A stretch of 64,000 nucleotides of DNA from Paraspadella gotoi (lineage: Eukaryota > Animalia > Chaetognatha), in contig CM119263.1 of the NCBI GenBank assembly GCA_051294375.1, positions 19,020,625 through 19,084,624 on the forward strand, read 5' to 3'. The first letter of the stretch is position 1. Each line of letters starts with the position of its first letter. Under the pieces are notes generated by a model. That model had not been told where the DNA came from, made no database searches, and saw only the letters and a program-made list of their open reading frames with translations. The translations under genes and the position numbers were made by a program. This document shows positions 40,053 through 60,048 of the stretch, in pieces.

Positions 40053-41585
40053 TGCTCTCTTTTTCTCGTTGCTCCTTTATTTCTTCATTTCAATTCACTT
40101 CCCTGCGCGCCATCTGGCTCCGCCCAGACAAGAGAGCGAGAGAGAGAGAGAGAAAGAAAGAGAGAGAGCGAGAATTTCCCTTTTGTCTTCATTTCTCTTT
40201 TTTAAAAGAAAGAGTTTACTGTTTGACAGGCACTTTTTTGTTTTCAGTCTTGGAAGTTTTATATCATTTCTCTTCCGCTTTCTCCACTGTCCATTTATAA
40301 AGAAATATTTCTGTAATATCGTTGCTTCTTATGTCAGCTTAGTTCGAAATTAATGACAATCGCTTCGGTCACCATAAAAGTTTTCATTTTGGCTTGAGTT
40401 GTAAAAAAATCCTCTCAGTTCAAAAACGAGATTTTAATTCGGAAAAAATTAGAAAAATAAGAAATGAAATTATCTACCGCCCGGAGAATCGGGACGAGAC
40501 CGGGACCGACCTCATTAAAGAAAATTCTTTCCAACCGAAACATCCGGTCGCTTTTACGTAGGACATTAAAAGAAAAAATAAATTTAAAAAAAATCGAGAG
40601 ACAAAGAAACTATTTTCTTTTATATTATTTGGATCTACTCTCCTCTCTCTCTCTCTTCCTCTCTTGCCCTCTCTTCCTTTTCCGGCTCGTCTCTTTCTCT
40701 CTCTTCTCTCTCTCTCATCCTCTCTCTCTCTCTCTCTCTCTGCTCTCCATCTCTCGTCTCTCTCTCATCCTCTCTCTCATCTCTCTCTACCTTCTCTCTC
40801 TCTCTTCCGCTTTTTCCGTGATTTATCTCTTCTCGCAACTTATGCACTCCGACTCGGGCTTTCGCTATGCCCGTCTGGGCGCAAAATGGAAGAGGAATCA
40901 ATCATAAGCGAGACAGGAGAGTTCGGAACTATATCTTATCCGGCTATACTAACAGAATTGTGAGCGTAAAAAGGGGTAGAAGCCGAGAGAGGAAGAGAGA
41001 GAGAGAGAGAGAACTCAGAGACGAGAGAGAGAGAAGAGAGAGAGAGGAGAGAGGAGGAAGAGAGACTAGAGACGAGAGAGAGGCGGAGCCTTTCGCGCAA
41101 AAAACGATGATGACGATGGTTCATGAGATGCAAAATAATTCTGCTTGTAACTCCCTCATCTCGTCCCCGTTTGAAATGGGAGACTTTGTAGAATCCATTA
41201 TTGTTCCCAAGTTATCCATAAAAGATAAAACCTAAAAAGCATAAAGCTGGGAATATAAAAAAACTTTCGGACAGAGAAATGGAAGGAGAAAGAGAGAGAN
41301 NNNNNNNNNNNNNNNNNNNNNNNNCCATCTCTCTCTCTCTCTCTCGTCTCTCTCTCTCTCTACTCCTTCTCTCTTCTTTCGTCTCATCTCTTCTCTCTCT
41401 CTCTCTCTCTCTTTCATTAATCTCCAAGGCTCATCTGAGTCCTTCTTAAAACTATTTTTTGCCTTTTTTTCATGCTTTCAAGGTTTTCGCAAAGGTTTTT
41501 TTTTTTTTTCTAAAACAGCAATCCTATTTCAGTCCTCTGTCCTCTGTCTCTTGTTCTCTGTCTCTCTCTCTCTCGTCTCCTCTCT

Positions 41586-41638
<53 letters not shown>

Positions 41639-41924
41639 CCCTTCCATTTTCTCTGTCCGAAAGTTTTTTTTATATTTCCCAGCTTTATTGGCTTTTTAGT
41701 AGTTTCTATCCTTTTTATGGATAAACTTGGGAACAATAATGGATTCTACCAAAGGTCTCCGCATTCCAACGGCAGAAGGAGTATCATCAGAGAAATATTT
41801 TGCATCATTGGAACCATTCGATCATTCGTTTTTCGCTGGCTGGAAACGGGACTCGCTCTCTCTCTCTCTATCTCTCTTTCCTCCTCTTCTCTTCTCTCTC
41901 CTTCTCCTCTCTCTCTCTCTCGAG

Positions 41925-41957
<33 letters not shown>

Positions 41958-42156
41958 GCTCTTTTACCCCTTTTTTTAACGCTCACACATTCTGTTTAGT
42001 AACCGGGATAAGCAATAGTTTCCGAATCTCCCTGTTCGCTTATGATTGATTCTCGTTCCATTTGCGCCCGACGACGCGAAGGGCGAGAGAGCCCATGTCG
42101 GAGTGCCAAAGTTGGAGAGGAGATAAAATCACGAATAAAGGGAAGAGAGAGAGAGA

Positions 42157-42219
<63 letters not shown>

Positions 42220-42950
42220 AGAAGAAAGATGAGAGAGGAGGAAGAGAGAGAAGAGAAGAGGGTGATAGAAGGAAGAGATGAGTTATAGAGAGAGAGAGTA
42301 GACCAAAAAATAAAAGAAAATAGTTCTTATTGTCATCGATTTTTTTAAAATTTATTTTTTCTTTTAATCGTCATAAACGACCGATTTCGTGAAAATTTAT
42401 TCTCTTAAAGTCTCGTCGTTCGATATCTCGGGAAATTTCATTTTCGATTTTCTATAATTTTTTTCCCGAATTAAAATCTCGTTTTTGAAGATGAGAGTGA
42501 AGGATTTTTTTTTAAAACTCAATGCCAAAATGAAAACTTTTTATGGTGACCGAAGCGATTGTTCATTTAATATCGAACTAAGCTGACATAAGAAGCAACG
42601 ATTAATTACGAAAATAATTTCTTTTTCATAAAATGGACATGGAGACGGATAAGCGGAAGAGAAATATATAAAACGTTCCAAGGACTGCTGAAAACAAAAA
42701 AAGGTGCCTGTTCAAAAACAAGTAAAACTCTCTTTCTTTTTAAAAAAAAAGAGAAATGAAGACAAAAGCGGAAATTCTCGCTCTCCTCTCTCTTTCTTTC
42801 TCTTTTCCTCTCCCTCTCCTCGTCGTCCGCCTCTCTTGTCTGGGCGGGAGCCAGATGGCGCGCGAGGGCATAGTGGAATTGAAAATGAGAATAAAAGATA
42901 GGGAGGCAACGAGAAAAAAGAAGAGAGCAGAGAGAGAGAGAGAGAGAGAG
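40010..42950. repeat. Inverted duplication, arms ~40010-41299 and ~41590-42950, 25-N gap at 41300-41324
   Basis: gcgcgccatctggctccgcccagacaagag (40105) = rc of ~42832-42862; aaaactttcggacagagaaatggaagg (41260) = rc of ~41640-41667. Confidence 0.9.
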
Positions 42951-43743
42951 ACCATAAACTGAGAAATAATTGAAATTGAGTTAATGCCTGTCATAAACTC
43001 GATGTGGTATAGTAACCCTCCTCCATGGAAAACCCATTCCATCGTCTGCCCCTCTTCCTCCTCTTCCTCCTCCCCCGCTTTCCTTTTTTTTAACTACTTT
43101 TTTCTCATCCTCCTTTCGCTTATTCCTTTCCTCTCTCTCTCTCCCTCTTTTCCTTTTTTTTCATCGCATCTAAACTCGCGAATTTTTGCCGCCACCGCTC
43201 TCCTCATTTTTATCGCCGTTTTTAATATTTTCTCCATTTTTATTAATGTTTTTTAATTCGCCGTCGCGCCCCGCGTTTTCCTCGCGAGAAGCGGCTCCGT
43301 GGTTTCTCCCGACTCCGCGCTCTCAGGGGAATTCCTCGCCGGTTCTGACGATGTCGCTTTCTGGTTCCGGTTCCAGTTCTGGTTCCGGTTCGGGCGAAGA
43401 CATCTGCCGATTATTTTCGGTTTACCATCGGTAAATTCTCGCCTGCGACAATCGGCCATTAACATTATGTTAAACTGACATTTTTTTTATAAAATGAAAT
43501 TGGTACAACCAATATAAAGAAACTAATTTTAATTGGTGTTGGTTCCGCAATAATTATTTTCCTTTCATCGTCATTTGTAGTTGTACTATAATTATTACAC
43601 TTAGCTGATTCACTCTCATCAACTCTCACAACTTTGATTCACTATTTTTACGATTTATTCTTGGATTCTCTTTTTTCTGATTTTCCGTCGCGAGTGTTAG
43701 TTTTCGTAATTTTTTTCGTACTCAGCATATATTAACCAATTTT

Positions 43744-43779
<36 letters not shown>

Positions 43780-43879
43780 GCAATATCAAATACCCCATGC
43801 CTTTCCTTTAGATCACCACACCCACCAGCAAGACGAATATCTGCCTACCGTCGCGAACCAGACGGTTTCTGCTCTCTCG

Positions 43880-43921
<42 letters not shown>

Positions 43922-46041
43922 TTCTCTCGTGCTCTCTCCTCTCTCTCTCTCTCTCGTCCTCTCTCATCTGTCTCTCTCGTCTCTCTCGTCCGCACCGTGG
44001 AGGCGATGATCTCGATTAATTTTCTTAGCCTCTCGTCTAATGGAATTTTCTTCCTCTTTTTTCTTCTCCCGCGCGGGAATTTCTAATTTTAGCTCTTTCC
44101 TCCCCTTCCCTCTCCTCCACCCTTTTTTTTTATTGCTTTTCGATGCAAGAGAGAGTTAGATTTTTCGGTTTTGCTGTAACTTGACAATGTACTGCGTCTC
44201 GCTTATTTTAACAAAGTGGTAGTTTTGATAATAATCACGAAAAATTCATGCTGATTGATTAAAAATTGACTCCGTAGAAGTAAACATTGTCTTGAGTAAA
44301 AACATATTTTAACAAAATTTGTAAATGATGGGCGGGAGGGGAAAAGTAAAATAGTAAGCGGCGCCAAAATGGGAGTGGATTCAAACTTGGTTCGGATGGA
44401 ATCCCAACTTTGAACCGGCGCCAACTTTCTTACTCTCAGCCGAGAAGGTATTTTTCATTAATTTTCCTCATTTCGAGAAATTTCGTATGTTTATATTTGC
44501 GAAGGACGGTCGCTATGGCGACGTTTGCCCCTCGCCAACGACGTCGTTAACGGCGTTTCATTAGGCGCGAATTTCAACGAGTCTCTCTCGCTCTCGCCGA
44601 AACATCCAAACTTGGAAAACGAGTTTCTTTTTATTCCGAACGCAGGGATGAGGTTTTTTTTTTTCCACCGCTGTTTTTAACATTCTCCCCGTTTTATAAA
44701 TCTTAACTTACTTTTTTCGAAGTTTAAATTTTGAATTCGGCGAAATTCTCTTTTTTTTTCTCACTCTTTTTTTATTCCCGCCTTTTGTTACAAAAATTCG
44801 TCGCCTCGATTTCCCTTTTGTTTCTTTCTTTATTCTCCTTTTTCCCGGAAACCCTTTTTTTCCCTCGACGCTAAATAGTGATGGATTAACTGGCGCGACT
44901 TTGGAGCGCGAATGCTAATGACACTCCGGCCCACATAAACAACTCGCTCTCACATTAACCCCCATCACTTTTCCTTCTCCACCCCGCCCACCCAATAACT
45001 CACGATCCGTTCTTCCCTCCCTTAACCCCGCCCACCCGATGGCCGATTAATTTCCTCACCCAAAGCGAAAAAAAAAACCATCGAAAATTTATCCCTTTTA
45101 CGATAGCATAAAAATGCGAAATAATTTGAAAAGCTGCGCCAGTCTTAATTCTTTATAGTTTAATTATGATGGCTAACACTCATATTTAAAAATAATATCA
45201 AATTTTTAAGCATTTTTTTCTAAATTATTGGACATTTACAGTGTCCTTCTAAAGCTGATGTATTTTTTTTAAAATATGGAAATATGGTTGACTTAAAAAC
45301 AATCGCAACGTTCACTCACCTCACATCCAATCGTTCATTTTGTTCACAATGACGTCTGTGGCAACGAAGCGTGAGCAAAAAGCCCAAGTAATTTTTCACC
45401 TCACATTCAAAACGACTGGCGAACACCAAGCTGGGTTTTTTTCCCCCCAACGGCTGAACAAAAAAAAACAGATAACAGATTGGATTTATACCAAAGAGCG
45501 AGAGAGCGAGACACCGAGAGACCGAGATACTGATAGTATTGAAATTGAAATCACAAAGAAAACTTCGACAGTCCCAAAGAGGTATTGCCTTTTCTCGCAG
45601 CTTCGCGAGAAGAATTTGAAATTTGAATTATTTTTTTTCTCTTTTTGGTGAAATGATTGAATGTGAATCGTGCGAGAGACGAAGACGACGATGAATGACG
45701 ACCTCTGCGAGAGACAGCGCTCCTCCAAGAGGAATCCCCGCCACGCCTTTCCTCCAAGCGCAAAATGGATTCCCTCCATATTCTATTGTTAGTCAGTTAA
45801 TCGAATTCTCGGTATTCGGATAAATACGAGGGATTGTAACCCCAATCATGGGATTTTATCAATTCTGAGGCGTGAGAGAACGTGGGAGAATCGAGGAAAA
45901 GAGAAGAAAAAGAGAAGAAAAAGAGAAGAAAAAGAGAAAAAAAACATTCAAAAAGAGATAAATAATTTTAAAAATCAAAATACAAAAGAGATAGTAATTT
46001 GAATAGCATGAAAAAAAAATAAGAAAAAAGAAAAACCGATC

Positions 46042-46042
46042 A

Positions 46043-46110
<68 letters not shown>
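46042..46110. repeat. (AAAG)n microsatellite
   Basis: Directly visible. A complementary (TTTC)n tract lies at ~52255-52345. Confidence 0.97.
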
Positions 46111-46115
<5 letters not shown>

Positions 46116-48156
46116 CCCTTATCTTTCTTGGGGTCAATTCGCGATCATGGGGGTAAAACGTCTTCCGTGTTCCAACGGATTCGGCGAAACCGCCAAGAGA
46201 GAATTTTCCTATGAGTTTTTCCCTCCGATGGAAGATCCTGACGTCGTCGCCCTGTCACTTTTTGGACACTTTTCTCGGAAAATACGACAATTCGGAACGG
46301 GTCTGACCTTCCTTCCTTCTTCTGTCGGAGGAAAGGAAATGACCTCGACTCGGCGAATTCACGAATTATATTTATTTATAAGACATCCTTCGTTATAATG
46401 ATAGAAAAAACCCACTATCGTTATTTATATTAACATAACAACTTGAGTCTCAATCCTTTTCGCGAAACAGCGACGACGATTCTCGGTGAATCGAAGATGA
46501 CTCGAACTTTTTAGTCTTTGTTGACGTTCAAACGTCGACAATAACTTTGCTTACTTTAAACGCGTTCAGTTCCGGCGTACTGGTTTCAAAACCGATACCG
46601 GCGCAAGATTTTTTTTCCCGCAAAATCCAGAAAACCAGTTTCTCTGCCCGAACTTGATTCGTCGCCGTGATCGAAGCGGAATGGGTTGCGGTGGTTCCAA
46701 GCCGAAAGCGGACGGCGGAGAAGGCGGCGGAGAAGGCGAAGGCGGCGGAGAGAACGAGAGCCGATGGACGGGGCCGGCCGAGGTGAGCGTCGGATGATGG
46801 AGAGGAGGGTCAGCGAGAGGAGGGAGTTTATGTTTGGACGGGCCAGCGCGGACTTGCCGCAATCGACGGGAGAGATGATCTCGTTACTTTTCTAATCTTT
46901 TTACCGACAGTCGGTCAACGCGGTGACGGGATTGACTGACGACGGCGCAAGATGAAGGCCGACGTCGATGGCTTCGTCAGCGTCGTCTTGCGTCGGTGAC
47001 GTCCGCTGGGTCGACTTTGACGACTTCGTTGGGACGAGAGGCGTCGACGACGACATCAACGACGACGTCAACGGCGGCGTCGACGAACTGTTTGGCGGCG
47101 TCCCTGGCGGCGGCGGTGACGACGACGTCGCGGTCTCATCATGGGTGGCTTCTCTTTTTTTTTTCAACCGGGAATCACTGGCAACCGAGGACTTTCCCCC
47201 TTTTTTTTCCTACTCAACGTGAAAAAAAATTTAAAAAATATTGTTTCTGTCCCCGTTTTGATTGGAGATAATTGTTTAAAAATTTGTTGCCATCATCGGG
47301 TTGACTCGTAAAAAAAAGTTGAGTAGAAAAACGCGACCGTTAACGATTTTTTATTTGTGAGCAACAATTTAGCCAGCAAGATTTATTAACACATTCTCCT
47401 AGATTTACCGTGTAAAAAAGGGGGAACTTTTAAACGCCCCAATTTTTTAGAAAAATCTGACTCGTCATCTTGAATATAGTTTTAAAAAAACCTAAATTCC
47501 TCTGCTAATTATTTTTTCTGTTTTCTTGTTAAACCTAAATTTCGTGAAGAAATTTGTACAGATTTTTTTCCTTCCTCCTGAAGAACAACCCCCCTTCACC
47601 GAGTTAAACCTCCTATTTTTCATACCTTCCCACGACATCACACTTTTTCCTTCCTTTCTATGATTGATGGCTGCCATCTTGTCCGCGAATTCTCTCTCTC
47701 TCTCTCTCTTTTCTTCTCTCTCTCTCTCTCTCTGGCGCGCGTTTATATTTTCATTTCCTCCTTTCTGTTGTATTCAATCGATTTTATCTTTATCCATTTA
47801 CGATGACGCTAATTTTTTTACCGCGATGATAAATATTCGTGAAAAGATATTGCGCATTTTTCCCCGCAAAATGAGGAAAACAGAAGGCGAAGGGGGAAAA
47901 ATTAACGAAGAGCAGTGAATGCAGCCTTCGGCCGTTTCATCCACAAGAATCGCAGGAAATTGGAATGAAAATTAAATCTTCTTTCAACTTCTTGTAGATT
48001 TTTTTGAATGTTGCGCCCTTAAAAAAGTTGTTTACCCACCCGGTCCTCCTTACTCGATCGATTCGACAAAGAAGAATCAAGTCCTGACTTTATTTGACCT
48101 TTTGACCTTGAGTCTATACAGCGTCTTGTCTTCGACTCAATTAGCGCTGCAGCATC

Positions 48157-54727
<6,571 letters not shown>

Positions 54728-54739
54728 GTTGGGGAGAAG

Positions 54740-54814
<75 letters not shown>

Positions 54815-55051
54815 AAGAGAGAGAGAGAGAGAATAGGAGAGAGTCCTTGAGAGAACCGGAAAAAGAAATTCAATTTCTTGCGAGTGGATGACGGAAAACG
54901 GGACGCGACGACGACGATGACGAACAACGACGAACGACGAAACGGAGAAGACTTGCGATAAGGCAAAATGCAAAAATTTTCATGAATTCAAAAAATTCTC
55001 TCACTCTTTTCTTCTTTCCCCAAAACATCTCTCTTTTTCCTTCTGACAACG

Positions 55052-55130
<79 letters not shown>

Positions 55131-55139
55131 TCTCTCGTC

Positions 55140-57574
55140 ACTTCTTCTTCTCGTCCTCTTCCCCTCGTCCCGTCTCCCCTCCGCCGCCCTCTTTCAGCGC
55201 CAACTCCAGCAACCCCTCCGCTTCTCCATCAATCGTCTCCGATCCTTCTCCCGCTGCAACATGTCGGCGAACTGTTTCCGCTCGTTGTCTTTGGGTGAGG
55301 AGAGTGTTGGGGAGGGGGGCGCAGAAGATCGGGGAGCGTTAAATCATTGGACGATGAAGAATAAAGGGAGGAAGGCAAATTAGATACGATGCGAAATGAA
55401 TTAAAATCTGATTAACGACTGATGATAATCGGACGTAAAGACGTAAAATGCGTTCGTTTATTCTGTCGGTATAAACGAAAGGCGAAATTTCGGTCACTCG
55501 AGAGATGATTAAGGTAAGTTTGGCTTCCGATGGGTTTTGCTGAGCGAATCGGAGAGAGAGAGAGTCAGCGTGCACTTCCGTTGGTGCCGACGATGATGTG
55601 GCGCCCGTGGTCGTGAGGTCGAACCACGAACAGAGGCTGTTCCACGCCTTATTTGGTGAGGAAAGGGTTGGGCCGGGGGGAAGAAGGGAGAGATTAGATT
55701 GGCCAACGTCGACGACGGCATCATGAAAATTTATGGTGCTGAATCGTAGAGTCTTTCGAAAAACTTTCATCTTTTCCCCCCAGAAAAAAAAACAAAAAAA
55801 AAAAAAAACAAAAAAAAACAACCAGCAAATATCTTTTTAAAACGAGAAGTAAAAGAGCGGGGTTTTTTTTTTCATTTAAACAACTTTAAACTGCTAATTA
55901 GGAGTTGAAACAGAATCGTTTTCCCAGTTAACGGCCTTAAAAAGAGTCAAGGATGGAATAGCCTTTTCAATTTAACTATGGAGTTCGCGCGTCGTTAAAG
56001 TGAAGGAATTCTTCGGTTAAAGATAACTCGGTAATCCTTTCTTACGCCGAACATCATCTCGTAATCCCCCCCAGCCCCCGAGGGTAACCATGACGTCGCA
56101 GTAACTATGACAACCGAGCCATCCAGCGGGAAGAAATATCTACTTTTCATCATTATAAAAGAGAAAGAAGCGATAGAAGAAAAAAGAGAGATAGCGAGAT
56201 AGAAAGGGAAGAGAGAAAAAAAAAATTAATAAGTCTCTCAGCCTCTTGATAAAAAATAAAGGGAAGAAAAAGAGATGAAAAAAAAAAGGCGCAATGGTTT
56301 CGCGTCGCTCGCATCGATTCCATCCGAAGGAGAAAAACCGTTTTTTTTTATTTCCAACTTTTTTTTTTTCAAGTTAATTTTTCTCGTTATTCCCAGCAAA
56401 AGGTTAGGCGGGATGCGACGTGGGTAGAGACGCTGGCGAACGGGTGAGGGGAACGTGGGGTAAAGGGCGACAGCGGATATTGGGTCAGCGCTAAATTGCG
56501 TCTTGACGAAATGACGCGAGGGTAAAAGGAAATTGGAAGAGAAACGAAAATCAGTTTCGTCAACTGGTTTTATTCAGCCGATCGGGAGAACAAAAAAAAA
56601 AAAAAAAATCAGTCGCGTCTGTCATAAAGTTAAAATGATGATATGTAATAAGTTTGTATCTATATCTGAAAAATAGAGCAAAAGATTAGGAGGAAATAGG
56701 TTAACATTCAGTTTTACAAAAATGAATAACAAAAAAGATAAATAAAAATTAGGACAAAAAAAAGGAAATAAATAAACCGTCACTTAGTTACTTAGCGTAT
56801 CGCGTGGCGCTAATGCTTCTCGATTTAATTTTTTTTTCATTTCTCTTCGCGAAAAAAATGTTGAATTATGGATGAGCCACAAAAATCGATGAAACTCAAG
56901 TTTTATTCCCTTAAAAAAAATTCTCGTCTGACAAACGTGGGGCGTGAAAAATTACTGAAAACTCGAAATATCCGAAACGATAGAAATGCAAGCAATAAGA
57001 TTATCGAGTTATCGAAAAGAACCAACTTAACTTGACTAAAAATAATGCCCCCCCAAAAAAAATGAGAGACCCACTTGTAATTGATAATTGGCTCCTTGTG
57101 ACTCGTGAGGTAATCGTAGACCCTGAGTGTTCGCTGTGAGATCCGTGAAAACACCGCAGATCGAGTGGGAGACCAGGCGCCGTCTGCGATTGGCCAAAAT
57201 TCGTTTAACGATTTTCTATTGGTTCAGTCTAATGGTCAGTCGCTTCTTCGATTGGCTGTCTCGTTTTTTGCAGGATATTGTGTAAGATCTCTGATTGTCG
57301 ATTTTACGTTGTGCGATGAGCAAAGATAAATTTAGAAATCTTTGCGGAACTCGGAAGGGTTAGTTCATGAGAGTCTTTGTTCACATCGTTAGTGCATTAA
57401 ATCTCGTCAAATCATAGTTTTCACATAATCGTCACTTCGTTCTTCAATGTCAATCATTTCAAGTTTCTACTTCCATAGAACCAGTCTTTTCCCGGACTCG
57501 TCAAAGGATAGAAAACAAAGAATCTAAAAAAAAAAGAATTTAATACTTGGCATGAAGAAAAAAATCATATAAGT

Positions 57575-57628
<54 letters not shown>

Positions 57629-57788
57629 GAAAGGGGATAAATGTCGTCATTAAGAGAAAGCACTCATGTGCACAGTTCAAGGACAGATATCAAAATCATG
57701 TTGAGAGAAAATGAGAACGAAAACTACAAATAAAGAGAGAGAAAGTGAGAGAAGAAAAAGAGAGAGAGAGAGAGAGAAAGATAGAGAG

Positions 57789-57845
<57 letters not shown>

Positions 57846-58002
57846 GTTATCACACCTCCTCCGAAAAGACCCGAGCACACCAATCTCCGACGGTGAGAAA
57901 ATTCTTGGGTTATGAGGATGTCGCTCGAGACTGTAGAGGGGACCGAAATGCCCATGGAAGAGACCGACGAGATGCTTTCGCTGGTGGAGCGCAAAGCGAT
58001 TG

Positions 58003-58053
<51 letters not shown>

Positions 58054-59911
58054 ACCAGGGTCTTCCCCGGTTTTAGGGTTTATGTTAAATATGTTCCCTT
58101 GTTCGGTTCGCGAGACATCTTGCGGCCGTCGTTACATCGATCTCCAGACTGATAACTCCCTAAAATTTAAATAATATCTACAATAGAACTTTTAAAAAAA
58201 AAGCTATCTAATTTGACTTTTGGCATTGGATAGCCTCTGGTCACTTTTCCCTTGACGAAAAACCCTCTGCCATTTTGGACGAATCCATCGAAATCGAGGA
58301 ATCTGTTTCCGTCAACCGAAGTGCCATTCGCTTACGAACTCGGAAGGAGAACACGAATCGCTGAATATAAACGCCACGTTGAGAGGGCGTGGCTAAAGCA
58401 GGTGGGGGCGTGACATGTTCTCTCTCTCTCAGTCATTCGCCTCCCGATTTTTTTGCATAATTATCAGGTAATCGCGGATTTTAAAGGGCGATGAGGGACG
58501 CGCGACGACCGGATTAGTACTTAAACCGACGACTCGAACTCTCGAGGGCCGAGATTAATGGTTCTTTCAGGGTTTAGACTCCGCTTCTGATCCCCGTTTA
58601 TGGGATCCCTGTTTTACTTTCCTCTAAATCACTGAGAATCGCGCTCGAGAGTTCTACGGCGCCGACGGGACGAGAGGCGTGGTTTGGGAAGGGGGGGAAG
58701 AGGGAAAGAGAGATGGGTAAGCTTTGATGGGAAAAAAGGGTGAAAAGAAAAAGGGGGAACAAGAAAAACACACTCTTAAAAGCAAATGATTTAAATTAAT
58801 ACTCCACCACTAAGTAAACCATGCTACAGTGGATGGAACTCTTGCAAAACTGGATGGTAAGTATTAATCAAATTCGACCTGAGATTCCACTCTTGTCTTT
58901 CTGCTCGGATCCGCCCACATCCTCTCTACGTAATTCCTGGGATTTCGAAAATCCCACACTTGATGGAACCGTCGGGTTGAGCAGCTGATCGCGGAGGGAA
59001 AGGAAGGGAGGGGATCGAGAAAAAAAAAATTGGTTTCATTTTTGTTTCACAAAAAGATTATTTAACTGGAAAATCTGTGGAAGAATTGTTAAGATAGATA
59101 TCGTGAAAAAAAGAAGAAGAACGAATCGGAGAACAAAAGCAAAAACCTAAAAACGCATTGTCTGTCTTCGCCCAAAATGACCTGGCCATAAACCCGCATG
59201 GGCGGGTCATATCATCACGGCCCCGCATGACCCCACGATGGTCGGTAATCAAGGGTCGTTCCTGACATGACTCGGAATAAACGTAAACTTCTCTCCGCCG
59301 GCGACGGATCTTATCCGTCGCTCGTCACATAGACTTTGCGCGAAATCTAATCGGCCTGAGGAAAAAACGCGTCAAGGAGAATGATCGGTGAAGGAGGAAT
59401 TTCTTGTAGGACCACCGGGAAACTGACAAGTTTTCCGAACCAAATAGATCGGGCTCGTGGTGAACCTTCGAGGGACGGATTTGCAGGAGAGCGATGAATT
59501 GTCTTAAAAATAATTTATGGCGATGATAATCCCCATTGCAATACGATTGGTGGCGGGCCAATGAGGAGCGTTTCTTGAAAGAATGAATTATCGTCATGAA
59601 GATGATGACGACAACCGCGACTCAGCGACCCACGAGTGATGACGTCTTTTCGGACCATTTTGTCGCAAGAACCCGACAAGCAGAAGTGACTCTCCTCTCT
59701 CTCTCTCTCTCGCTCTCTCTCTCTCCCCTCAACACTGACGGCCTCCGTTCCACTTTGCTCGGCAGCCATCTTCTCTCTCTCTCTCTCCCTCAGCACCTGA
59801 CGGCCTCCGTCCCACTTTGCTCGGCAGCCATCTCTCTCTCATCCTCTCTTTCTCTCTCTCTCTCTCTCTCCCCTCAACACTGACGGCCTCCGTCCCACTT
59901 TGCTCGGCAGC

Positions 59912-59946
<35 letters not shown>

Positions 59947-60003
59947 GCCTCTATCCTCTCTCCGCCCTCAGCACTGAAGGCCTCCGTTCCCACTTGCGCG
60001 GCA

Positions 60004-60048
<45 letters not shown>

